Assembly (NCBI GenBank): GCA_900088475.1
Contig: FLMG01002850.1
Location: 32,041 to 96,040 of the forward strand
DNA length: 64,000 nt
DNA from: Hyphochytrium catenoides
Taxonomy: Eukaryota; Protista; Hyphochytriomycota
Direction: 5' to 3'
A program made the translations under genes and the position numbers. Positions 1 to 10,638 of this stretch are shown in pieces. The notes beneath the pieces were generated by a model that ran no database searches, was not told where the DNA came from, and saw nothing but the letters and a program-made list of their open reading frames with translations. The stretch's first letter is position 1. Every line of letters starts with the position of its first letter.

Positions 1-841
1 CCACTCTCACCCACTGGGCCTCGCTGCGACCCGTCGGAGACATGATTCTGTCCTCTTGCATTGCCAGGTTCCTGCGATACGTTCTTCCTTCCTTCAGATG
101 TTCTATTCTTCTTCTCTGTCACTCCTAAGTCCTGAATCATACTTGGGGTCAGGCCTCACCTCAGGGAGGGAAGAAGAAGAGAGGAGGATTAACAAGAAAG
201 TGACACATACCTCAGATGCAGCTGCAGGTCTCGCTGATGAAGATGGCACTTCTTTCGTTTTCTCCCCCTCTCGCTTCGTTGTTTGAACGTCACTCCGTTC
301 CTCCGGCGCAGCGTCGTCTTCCTTCTTCTTCTTCTTCTTCCGGCTTCTCTTCTTCTTAGCTGCGGGTGCACCCTCAACCACCGCCTTTATAGGGTCATTT
401 GGTGCCTTTCTCTCTTTTATGGCTGTCGTTCGTGACTCTTCCTCTTCGTCACTCTCCTCATCTACCTTCACAGCTTCCTCTTCCTCCTCTCGCCTTCTCT
501 TTTTCGAGAGAAGTCTCTTAAGCTTCTTCTCTTCCTCAGTTGCAGTCTAAAGCAGCAGGACAGAGAAGGGGATGTGGGTTCTCCTGGCCCTCCTTCCCTT
601 TTCTTCTCTCGATAATCTTAGTGCTCTGGTGGCAGTCTCTTACCTCTTTTGCTTTGGTGATGATAGCACCGAGACCTCCCTTCCCTCTATGTGCAATGAC
701 CTCTTCCTCGGCCTCTTTCTTCTGTCCTGTCTTTCCATCTTCAGCGCCAGCTGAGTCGCCAATCCAGCCACTGACGACGGAAAGCGCCTGGGAGGAGAAC
801 ACTACATCCTCGCTCGCTCCTTCTTCCTTCTGTTTGGGCAT
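1..841 (-). CDS. Lys/Glu-rich probable nucleolar protein (DUF3245/FAF1-like N-terminus); multi-exon, runs off the window start
   Basis: ATG at 841 gives MPKQKEEGASEDVVFSSQALSVVSGW...RGKGGLGA, resembling the 'SQxLVxSW...RLGLGA' pattern of DUF3245 proteins. GT-AG introns join it to K/E-rich exons (ORF 103-471). Confidence 0.45.
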
Positions 842-1517
842 TTTGTCCGTGTCCGTGTACACCTGATCGTACTTCTATCCTCTTCTACTTTGACCCTGCC
901 TCCTGGCTTAGAAGCACACTAGGTGTTCCCTTTCTATATGTTGCTTTTTTAAGGTCACGCTGGCCCAGTTGCACTGTTCTCCTAGCAGCCAAGCCTGTCG
1001 AGCTCTGAGCACCCTGCTCTGGCGCCCTCGGGGCCCTGTGGAGAGAGAGGAAGGGGAAGGGAGCAGGAGGAGTGCATGAAGGATCAGAAGACAGAGAGGA
1101 AGAGAAAGGTCACAGCGGCAGCGATCAGAATGAGAAATGGGTGGTGCGTTGACATGTGGGAAAGCCTAATTCCTTCGCCAACACAGAGGTTTGATTGTGG
1201 GAAAGTCAAAGTTTGGCGTTTTTGGTTCTGATGGAAAACCTTTGGCTTCTGATGTCCTGGCTTCCTGTCATCCTCAGCTTGTCAGAGACCTGGCGGATTG
1301 ACGGAGAAAGCAGCTTATGAAAGGCGGAGCTCCAGCGCGAGAGAGTAGAAGAGACAGAGAACTAAACTCGGCCCCAGAAGCAAGGGTAAGGAGGCGGAGG
1401 GAGAGGCTTGTCAGGGTTTGGGAAGAGTGAGAGATTTGTGCAGTTAAGGAGCTTCGCCAACAGTCAAGCCTGCATCGTAAAGTGGTTCTCATCGCACCGT
1501 AGGCGTTGCCAATAGTA

Positions 1518-3493
1518 ATGGGGAAGCGAGAGAAGCAGCGGGCAAGAAAGCTAAAGAAAAGCCGGGTGCAAAGAAAGGAGACCAACGTCAAGCGGCCGCG
1601 GGCTGCTCTGACCGGACTGAAGGAAAGGCGAATCACCCCAACCTACACCTCTCCTTCTGGAGCCCAGAAGAGGAAGAGGAGCACTGTGGAGAAGCCAAAT
1701 TCTTCCGTTAACTTTCTATATAAGCCGACCCAGGCTATTCTGGTTGTGGGCGATGGCGGTAGGATAGACAACCTCTCTTTGGACTAGAGGGAGCTCCCTA
1801 TCTCTTAGTAGTGCTCATCACTTTCCTCTTGCTCTTTCGCTATACCACCCCGGACTTGCTCTCTAAGTTCAGCACTCCATTCTCCTTCCTCTTGCATCGC
1901 CATCTCCGTCCTTGTTGATCCATCCATCACGCCCTTACTCCTGTCTCTACCTCTAGATCCTGGTTAGGGTCTTGCTCTACGATCTTCAATCTATGTTGTG
2001 TATATCTCAAACCTGTACCTTTCGTCTCGCTTGGCAGATTTCTCCTTCTCTCGCGCGTTGCTGCGAAGGCTTGCGGAAGAAAGGAAGGTGGGCGGAGGAA
2101 GGGTAGAGCTGTGCGTGCTCTGCACTTCTCTGGACAGCAAAAAGAAAGTATTAGAGAAGTACAAAGGCGCAGCCGAATGCTTGCAGGAGATAGAAAAGCT
2201 CGGAGGGAGAGTAAGGCACGCCGTGGATGGGACAAAATTGGAGAAAACTCTGAATAGAGGGAATGAGAAGTTTGACCGCATAATCTTTAACTTTCCCCAC
2301 AGGTGAGACTTGAAAGAGGCAGGCTCTCATCTCGTTGCCTCTTCAGTACTCTTTCTTACTTTCATCCCTGCTCGGTCCTTTGTCATTGTGGCGTTTCCTT
2401 TGGTCCCTTATCTCTAGCCGCGGTCGGTCCCATTTGCCCTTGACCTTGTCACTGCGTTCTGCGTTGAACCGTTTGCTCGGTCTGAAGGGACCCACATTTC
2501 CCTGGGCTTTCGCCATTTCTCTAATTCTGACTTCTTCTCCTACACAAGGCGGTGACCTTGGTCTTTCCTTGTACGTGTCCCCTTGACAGTCACTTCTCCT
2601 GATGGACTCTACCGCTGCTCTCTTCTCGCTTCCCCCTCTCTCCCTCTGACGGCTTTGCTATCTGTCGATCAGTGGTCAGCAAAGAGTGCATATAAACAGG
2701 ACTCTTCTTCGTGACTTCTTCGTCTCTGCTCAACGCCTTCTTCAACCACTCGGGCAAATTCATGTGGCTTTGAAGATCAAGCCTCCCTATTCAAACTGGA
2801 AAATAGAGGAGCAAGCAAGAGAGAGCGGGCTTGTTGTCCTCTCTTGTCTCCCATTCTACCTTGATCACTTCCCGGGATATCGCCATCGAACAACAGATCC
2901 GCTGGCCCAGAAATTTGAGGCAGAGTTTTGCCGGACCTTCGTCTTTGTCAGACCTTCAAGTCACAATATTGATAGTGGAGCGAAGAAAGAAGAACCGACG
3001 CAAGAGATAGAGGATGGACAACCCAACGACACGACTTCCGAAGGAGGTGATGTCAACCGCTCCCAACAGGAAAGGGACAAGAACGTAGAGGTTGCAACGA
3101 ATGAACCACGATCTCTTCAGGCAACAGTCGACATCAAGCGACAAAGGATAGTTGAGGCAACATCCCCCGTCACTGTTGGAGAGGATGTGTCTAGTGATAC
3201 TCAAGCCCGTCAGAAGGAAGCTTGCAAGACAAAAAGAAAGAAGAAACGGAGAAGGAGCATGAAGGCTGAAGCGACCTCATCATCCTTGGCTGCGCCACCC
3301 ACAGGCAAGAACAAGCCCGAGCACACTTCTGGAGAAGGATGAGCAAAAGAAGGAGAACGTCGATAACAAAGAGACTATGTCAAGGCTAAAGGACTATAAT
3401 GACTCTGGATCACCAGCGCCTGAGAAAAGCAAGTCGCAAGCCGAACTCAGCAAAAAACGGAAGAGAAGACGAGGGAAGAAGAAAGTGCTTTGA
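1518..3493 (+). CDS. DUF2431 / BMT5-like 25S rRNA (uridine-N3)-methyltransferase domain protein; 3-4 exons
   Basis: Exons ~1518-1758, 2038-2302 and 2673 onward give ILVVGDG|DFSFSRAL, FDRIIFNFPH, INRTLLRDFFVSA and GQIHVALKIKPPYSNWKIEEQA, the hallmark DUF2431 motifs. The stop is at 3342, or at 3493 if a GC-AG intron (3305-3416) is used. Confidence 0.85.
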
Positions 3494-3545
3494 GTTGAGA
3501 TCTCTGGCTACCGAAATAAATATTGTTACTGTTCTTGTCAACCGC

Positions 3546-5452
3546 TTAACTTGTGCTGAACTGGTCTAAGAATTCAGAAAAAGCTCTGACTGCGCTATCC
3601 TTACTCTGAATGCTTGCTTGTCCGCCTTCCTCTTCAGATCGTGATCCTCGTTTCCTGATAATTTCTCCGCCATTCGGATCCAGGAAAAGCCGAAGACAAG
3701 GCACTAAAGCTAACAAGCGTTCAGGAATGTCTGGCTGATGACGAAAACCTTCCATTGAAGAAAGCAGCATAGGAAGATCGTCTCTCAGAACAGATAGCAT
3801 GCTATTCGAAGAACTCTGGGGAAAGCTTCGGCAAGACAAAAGCTGGTGGATGAGCAGCGCCGCCGCTGACAAGACGGATTCCTCCCCTTCCGGTCTCTCC
3901 CTGTGTAGCACTTCGTAGCTAAGCATCTCTATGGCCTGATTTAAAGCTCCACCGCTGTCATTAATGACTGTTGCTGCACCAGGAGCTACCTCCAGGATGT
4001 TGCTTAAAACCATAATGCAACTCTCTCTCGCTTGCAGTGAGGCATCTTCATCAACAAGTATGTCGCCAACCTGCCTGACCAGGGTGCGCCACTTCGAGGA
4101 ACCAATAATGTCCTCTTTCCCTTTCTCTTCTGCTCCTCCCTGTCCAGCGTCGACTGTTATTACTTGGAGTTCAGTCTCCAACAGCTCTGCGTCATTGCTG
4201 ACCAGCTCCAGGAGACGGAGAATATACTCTGCACCTGTCACCGTTTCTCCAGGAAGAGCGTGTTCGAGGAGGTCAAGCTGTTCCTGAAGAACGTCAGAAA
4301 TGGCCCCTGCAAGATCCAAGTCTATGGAAAGGTATTTGAGGGCCGTCCTTGTGCCGTCATAGTATCCGACATAAAAAGCCAGCATAGCAGACTAAGCCAA
4401 CAGCAGACGAAGCGAGGACAGGAGGAAAGAGAGCACTAGTTAGAAAGGGATCACACTATTATCGGAGTGAGTGACTAGATGGACAGTCAAACATGGGGTG
4501 TGAAATCCTCCCTCTCTCCAGTGGAGCCCCCTCGTGCTCTCCCATTCTGTCATAAGTAGCAGTAGTAGTACTTACTCGATACAGAAGCGTAGCATCCAAT
4601 GAGTTCCTAAGACAGAAGACGAGCTTTTCAAGAAGCGCTGGTAGACCCAGAACCTCTTTCCACTTGGAACCTTCCATGGCTGGTTACCGGACAGCCCAAC
4701 AACAGACAACAGAGAAGGTTTTGCAGTGGTGGGCGTAGAAAGAGCAGTCAGCAAAAGGCGTACGACACGATGGTTCTGATAGAGAAAGCAAAATTGGTTA
4801 ACGAAGGAGAGACAAGCCAGCAGCCTTCCTACTGCCCTAGCTTTGAGTCGCACATGCCTGGTTGTTGAGAGTTATCATCAGCATAAGAAACTGACCGGAT
4901 AGGAATAGATAATTAAACATCATGAGCAATATGCTCACGCCATTACTCACCTCCGTGTGCGGCGGCTGCAACAGCCGTTAGCACTCTTGAGGACTCAGAG
5001 AGGATTGCCGTTTGTTCAGTTTCTATATATATGCTGGAAAGGGTGAGACAGAGCTGGTTGCTCTGTAGAATGTGCTCCTTTACGAGCTTCGGGTGGGCAG
5101 AAATGTTAGCCAAGATGCCAATCACCACTTCTATGACCCGATATCCGACTCTTGGCTCAATCTTCTCCTCTTCTTGCTCCCTCTTTGTCGAGTAAAGTAC
5201 TTGCAGCAGGACTTCAAGGATCGAGTTCTGCAGCAAGAAGGCCGAGTGATACTCTGTGGCGCAAAGGTCCCATAGCGTACATCCCGCACGAATCCTAGGA
5301 GTCCATGCTCCTGCCTGCTCTTCAGCGGATTCCTCATCCTCACCTTGGGTCTCGTCCTGGGTACCCTGGGCAACCCCTAGGAATACCCGTAGCAAGTGCA
5401 AAACATGGCTTTCATCGACCAAACTTTGCTCTTGACTCTCCGTCTTTCCCAT
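3546..5452 (-). CDS. SAAL1: SAAL1-like ARM-repeat protein, 3 exons
   Basis: CTLWDLCATEYHSAFL...RVIEVVIGILANISAHP...AILSESSRVL and LEKLVFCLRNSLDATLL parallel SAAL1 (CRVWDMS...REICVGILGNMACF...TLLETSRLL). Exons ~5452-4951, ~4697-4576 and ~4393-3546. Confidence 0.75.
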
Positions 5453-6391
5453 GTTCCTGACCTTTATAAGCTGTATATAATAAAGCTAAGCCAAGACACA
5501 GCCAGGAGTCACTCCGCTTCCACAACGCCATTGTCATGGCTCTCGATTTCCACAGCTTCATTGCTCTTTGGAGATCTCAAAGAGTCATTTCTGCAGTGAA
5601 CTGAAAGTCAAATATTGTACTCTGAAAGGAGAAAGAACTCAGTGTACGAAAGTACCATTTATCCCCGAGAACAATGGCACAAGTACTTTGGTTGTCTCCC
5701 TTCCCCGCACTAAAGCAAAGGACATCCTTTCATTGTCCTGATGTCAACCCAAAATAGTTGCAAAAGCTCTAGATTACAGCGTCGGTTCTGAAAAGAGCTG
5801 TAACGTCATCAGAAGCCGATGCTGTTGGCAAAGATCTGCTCATGTTTAGTTAGCTTGCACGCCATTGCAGTGCCAATGAGGAAGATCATACAGCACTTGA
5901 GGCGGCCCGTAAGTCCCTTCCAGATCTCCAAGCTGGCGCAGCGATACTACGATGTCTGTTGCATCAGAAGCGTACAGGTAGCTACTAGATAAGCTCATTG
6001 GACCTCGAGTCTAGTAGCATCGGCATTGTCCCTGATAGATAAGCTTATGGGAGCTTGAGTCAAACAAATTGACAGGTTGACGCTAGTAAGAGCTCGAGTG
6101 CCTAATTTCTTCTTCTCGAGGTCTTCTAGGCCACATAATTAGAACAGCGAGAATACGCAGCATTATATGTTAGAAACCTGGTTCAGATAAGTGACCCTGT
6201 ACTGAAAATGGCCGGGGCACTTCTTCTGGTTGGCCAACCCTCTTGTTGAGCAGCCATTCCCTACTGTAGGTAGGAGCTTCTTTCCCGTTGTGCCGAAACC
6301 TTCCCGGCAATAAATTAATAGTCATACTCCATCCCACCGTAGACTTTTAGGGCTTCACATGACGTTTACGAAGTACTTCTTCTTGCAGCCA

Positions 6392-9195
6392 TTAAATCTC
6401 CTGCATCTTACTGACCCTCCAGTGTACTCTAAGAATCAGCTCTATAAGGTCTGACTTCTCAACACACATTGAACGGTCAACCTGAGCTCTGTCAAGCAAA
6501 CGGTTCAGCTGCTTTATCGCTGCAGCTTGCAGCTCCTCTCGACCCCAGCCTTGCAGAAAGATAAAAGAAAAGGGGGTAAGGAATAAGAAAGAGGATGGGT
6601 TCGTCACTCATGCTGTTAAATAGAAGAGAGCCAATTCTACACAGCCGAAGTAGAAGCTACGGGTGGCGTCAGACGAAGAGAGACAGGCATATTACTGATA
6701 GGTGAACCGTCAAGAAGGGGGTCCTACAGACAGATAAAGTGAAAGGTGATAGCCCATGAGTTAATCCGAACCGGACAGTAGAGGGTTAGGGTGCTCATAA
6801 GGAGGCTCTACCTTCGGGCAGCGGGTCCATTCTGCAAATTGTCCTTGGAGAGCTGGGAGTAGGCGGAGGAGCCTTGTAAGTGTGCCCAGTGAACGATGAG
6901 AGATGGCATATTGCAGTCTCATAGAACTCTTCCGGCCGGGCACTATTATGTCCTCCGGCAAAGCGGCATAGCTGTTTAGGGCCGTTATAACTCTTGTATA
7001 GCTCTTCTCCGTGAGATGGGGGAATAAGTTCATCCTGCTCCGCGATACCAAAGAGAGCGGGCACAATCATCCTGCGACGGACGATATGGATAGAGGTCCG
7101 TTAGCAACCAACGCATCACATCAGCATGGGCAGAGAATACCGCGCTGGGTAAAAAAGTACGCTTGTAGAACAAGAGACAAACGCCTCATCACAGCTTGAT
7201 TCACAAAGCAAAACAAATAAGAAAAGCATAGAAAACAATGATAAGCCCATGAGGGTTATCAAGTACCCAGGAGAATCAGAAACAGATGAGAGACGACATA
7301 GAGCCGCGAGAATCGAAGGCAAGGGAGACGAACGTAGAGGCACCAGCTCATACTTGTGCACGATCTCAACAGGCTTGAGTTTGTACATATCGAAACCAGC
7401 CCGTTTCTTAACAGTCGAGCTGACCATTCGCAGAACAGTGGACACGAGGAACTGCAGGACAGAAGTAGATGCTATGTTAGAGTAAGTACCATCTAAAGGA
7501 GTACTAGAAGCGCTGACAACCGTACTGTCAAGCGAGTAGCGACCGAGCGAGCGACAGAGACACCAAAGCCCAGTTAGAGGACGTTTCGAAAGCAAGATAC
7601 TTTACGGAGAGTCTATTCATTTTGGTCAGATCATCCCACTTCTTTCCTATGCACTCGCTTGCTTACCTTCGGAACGTTAAGCTTTCCTCCGTCCACAAGA
7701 TCCAGTGCCAGGCGAGGAAGAGATGCGAAAGGACAATCAAGGATAATGGCAGCTACTTTTTTAGGATTCCTATAGGCACAGAGCAATGCAGCTACCGCGC
7801 CCATCGAACGCCCATAGATACAGATACTATACATGACATGGGGTAGAGCAAAGGCGTCAAACATGGTACAAGGGGTCGCTGAAACATGATAGGGAGATAA
7901 TGAAGAACGGAAGACCAAGAATCCACAGACGGCTTTGGTCAGGAGGCCATACAGAACATACTATTTCTACCTGTTGACAGAGTTGTCCTTAGAGATATAT
8001 TCCATTGCCGTCTCCGCATCTTGGCTCTCGTACCATCCGAGAGACACGTAGTCTCCCTAGAACATTTGTCGTAAGAAAGCCTCTCTTGAGTTGGGCACCG
8101 CGCGACACAAGAAGAGCCAGAAAAGACAACCAATTGATTTGGTATGAAGGGAAGGAAGACTGGTGGAGAGGCAAGAAGCGCAACCTACCTCTGACACTCC
8201 AGAGCCACAACAGTCCATGGCGAAAACAGAAAAGCCAGCCTCTACGCAGTAATATAGCACTTCGGCTGCACTGAGACGGCAGGAGCTATTTCCGTGAAGC
8301 ACGACTACGCAAGGACTTTTCTCTACCCCTTGTCTGACAAACATTCGCAAAGTTATTGAGGAGAGCCCTTGAAAGGATGGAGAATAGATGAAAGATGTAA
8401 AAGGTGTTCCTACAGTTGCGGCTTCCACCAGCTGCACTCCAGCTTGAGCCCTCTGGAACCGGTCAGCGTAATGTCCTCGCGCTCCACGAAAACACCCGCA
8501 ATTTTCACTGAGGTTGGGCCAAGATCTTCTAGCTCATAAGTTGGTCTGCATTCAACGGAGTCCCAAATCAGTGAGAACTGTGAGGTTAACGAAAAACGTA
8601 GAGTCAAAAGAGAAGGAAAAGAAGCTACGTGGCACATTAGAGTAGCAACGATTTCACTGATAGAAGCACTTTCATCTTTGCTCAGCTTGAGTGCGCTGCG
8701 AGCGAAAGCAAGCGGAGACAAGGCTTGATGAGGCGAAGCAGTATACAGGAACGTTCGTAGTGAGATAAGAACCGCAGTACAACGCATGCAGAGAGGCAAT
8801 AGTACGGCTGCTACCACGCACCTATAAGGTCTGATAACGGTATTCACTAGCCCTTCGTAGGCAAGCTTCAACTGGTCCCAAAGGCCGACCTTCTTTCCTC
8901 GACCTCCTCTCCTAGGGACGATCCTCGTTTCCGCCAGGGTTACATCGGTCTCTGTCACTGTTTCCGACTTCGACTGAGAGCCATGAGCTCCTCCTGAGGA
9001 ATAATGAAAAGTCTCTTGTCAAGTCCTGGGTGGTCCTCTAACAACCAGCCATCTTTTTGTCTCTCGTTTTCTGTCTCCAACGCATGCATGCAAACCCTTC
9101 GCTCTCTACTTCTACTTCCCAGGGTTCCTTGTCCCTTGTCCTATTCTTAAGTTAACCATCGTACTGCCTATTATACAAGTACCTCTTCGCTCCAT
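6392..9195 (-). CDS. Alpha/beta-hydrolase (YqkD/ABHD-like serine hydrolase) with C-terminal SAP-like helical motif; many exons, 3' end uncertain
   Basis: First exon ATG at 9195 (MERR|G). Motifs PCVVVLHGNSSCR, FAMDCCGSGVSE, nucleophile GRSMG, IILDCPF, acid QDELIPPSH and His GGHNSARP. Confidence 0.85.
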
Positions 9196-10015
9196 GACGC
9201 TCGCCTCCAAAACTGAGAGCGGAGAAGATGACCCCAACTGTGTTCCGGGTCAGGGACAGGTTATCAAAACCTAGACAGTGACAACGACCTATGACTAGTC
9301 CGAGTAGAGTCCCGGGGACAATAGGCAAGGCATCAGGTGTCTGCCATTTTTAGTCAAGTAATCAGAAGGCTCCTTCTTCTCTTTCTGGATTGTCTGGGGA
9401 TGGTCGGGCAAGCTACAATAGTGGCAGTCCAGCCGCCAATTTATCACCACGCATTGTCTCCTCTAAGAAAGAAGCTGGCTTTACTTCCAAGCAATCGTGA
9501 TCGGAGAAGGACGATTGATGGAACGGATGGAGAGCCGCGAGTCAAGGAGAGCGAGGAAGATCTTCCAGCTTGAACCTGTACCAGCAGGAGCTGTGGCTGT
9601 TACTCCTCCGCCTGCCTCGCTTCTCAACTCAACAACTACGAGGACTTGAGCGCAGGAAGCAGTGATGCCTCCTCGCTCCCTGGCCTGATGACTTGCTCCA
9701 CATTCTTCCCCTTTCATGTCTCCGTCACCGCTGTCAATCATCATCAGAAAGCAGGTTGCAGGTTTCTTTCCGTTGATGGCTGACCAAGCAGTAGAACACA
9801 GGTAACAAGACTCTAAAGGGTAAATAAAGGCGACAAAGAAATTGAAGGGTTTTTGCACAGAACGAGCACAAGTTGACGAATTGGTAGTCGCCTTTCTGCC
9901 TATGAGGAAGTGGTCTGACCCTTCGAATGAATGGGTGGGGCTGTCCAACGTTTGTCTACATTCCTATTAGTAAATATATCAGATTCTATCCCCTTATTCG
10001 CATGTCCCTTCGTCG

Positions 10016-10080
10016 GAGCGTGTAGCTCAACTGGCTGAGCACTAACATGAAGAATAAAACGCGGCTTAGGGGTTTAACTG
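10016..10080 (+). other. tRNA-like / SINE-head relic (degenerate Pol III A and B boxes)
   Basis: GGAGCGTG-TAGCTCAACTGGCTGAGCA resembles a tRNA 5' arm with A box and D stem (GCTC...GAGC). GGTTTAACT about 48 nt downstream resembles a degenerate B box. No intact anticodon or acceptor stem. Confidence 0.35.
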
Positions 10081-10638
10081 AGAGAACTCAAATCAGTTAT
10101 CACACCCCAGTCTTGGTCGAGCTGCACAGGGTTTGATTGTAGGCTATTCTAGAATATGTTATCTATATTATTGATATATTATGGTGGATTTGGAAGTTGA
10201 CCATTTTGCATGTTCACATAATGAACTTTACTGATTAATCACAGTTTGATGATCAACTTGGTGTGCGTTACATTGTGAACAACTTCCTCTTCTGATCGAT
10301 TGTGCTTTTATTCTGCCGATTCCCTGCCTTCGCTGAATCTTGGTCCTCGGACTCGGACTTGCCATCGCCTAATGGTCTGTAAGTGGCCAGCATGCGGCTG
10401 AGCTTCAGAGGCCTACAGCTGTGATCCAACCTGAGGCAGTTGGTCGCGAGTGGGTTGTCTTGCTGGACTAGAGTATGTCAAGATAACGTTATGGGTAAGA
10501 AACATCAAAGTTGTGAATCGACTTCCTGACTGGCCACAGAGTTTAGCCTGTGCTGAGGGCCAGAGGAGATCTACTCTCCCAAGCGTAGCAATGGCGCCAG
10601 GGTTCGGCCTATGTAGCAGCGTCTGACTCTACAGCAAG

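Noticed and set aside
8955-8984. Apparent uORF MALSRSRKQ* ahead of the hydrolase
   Set aside because: It lies inside exon 2 in another frame. The true start is at 9195, joined via the intron ending at ~8994.
9337-9948. 155-aa minus-strand and 78-aa plus-strand ORFs
   Set aside because: No recognisable motif or consistent splice structure; the region lies in a promoter or intergenic zone.
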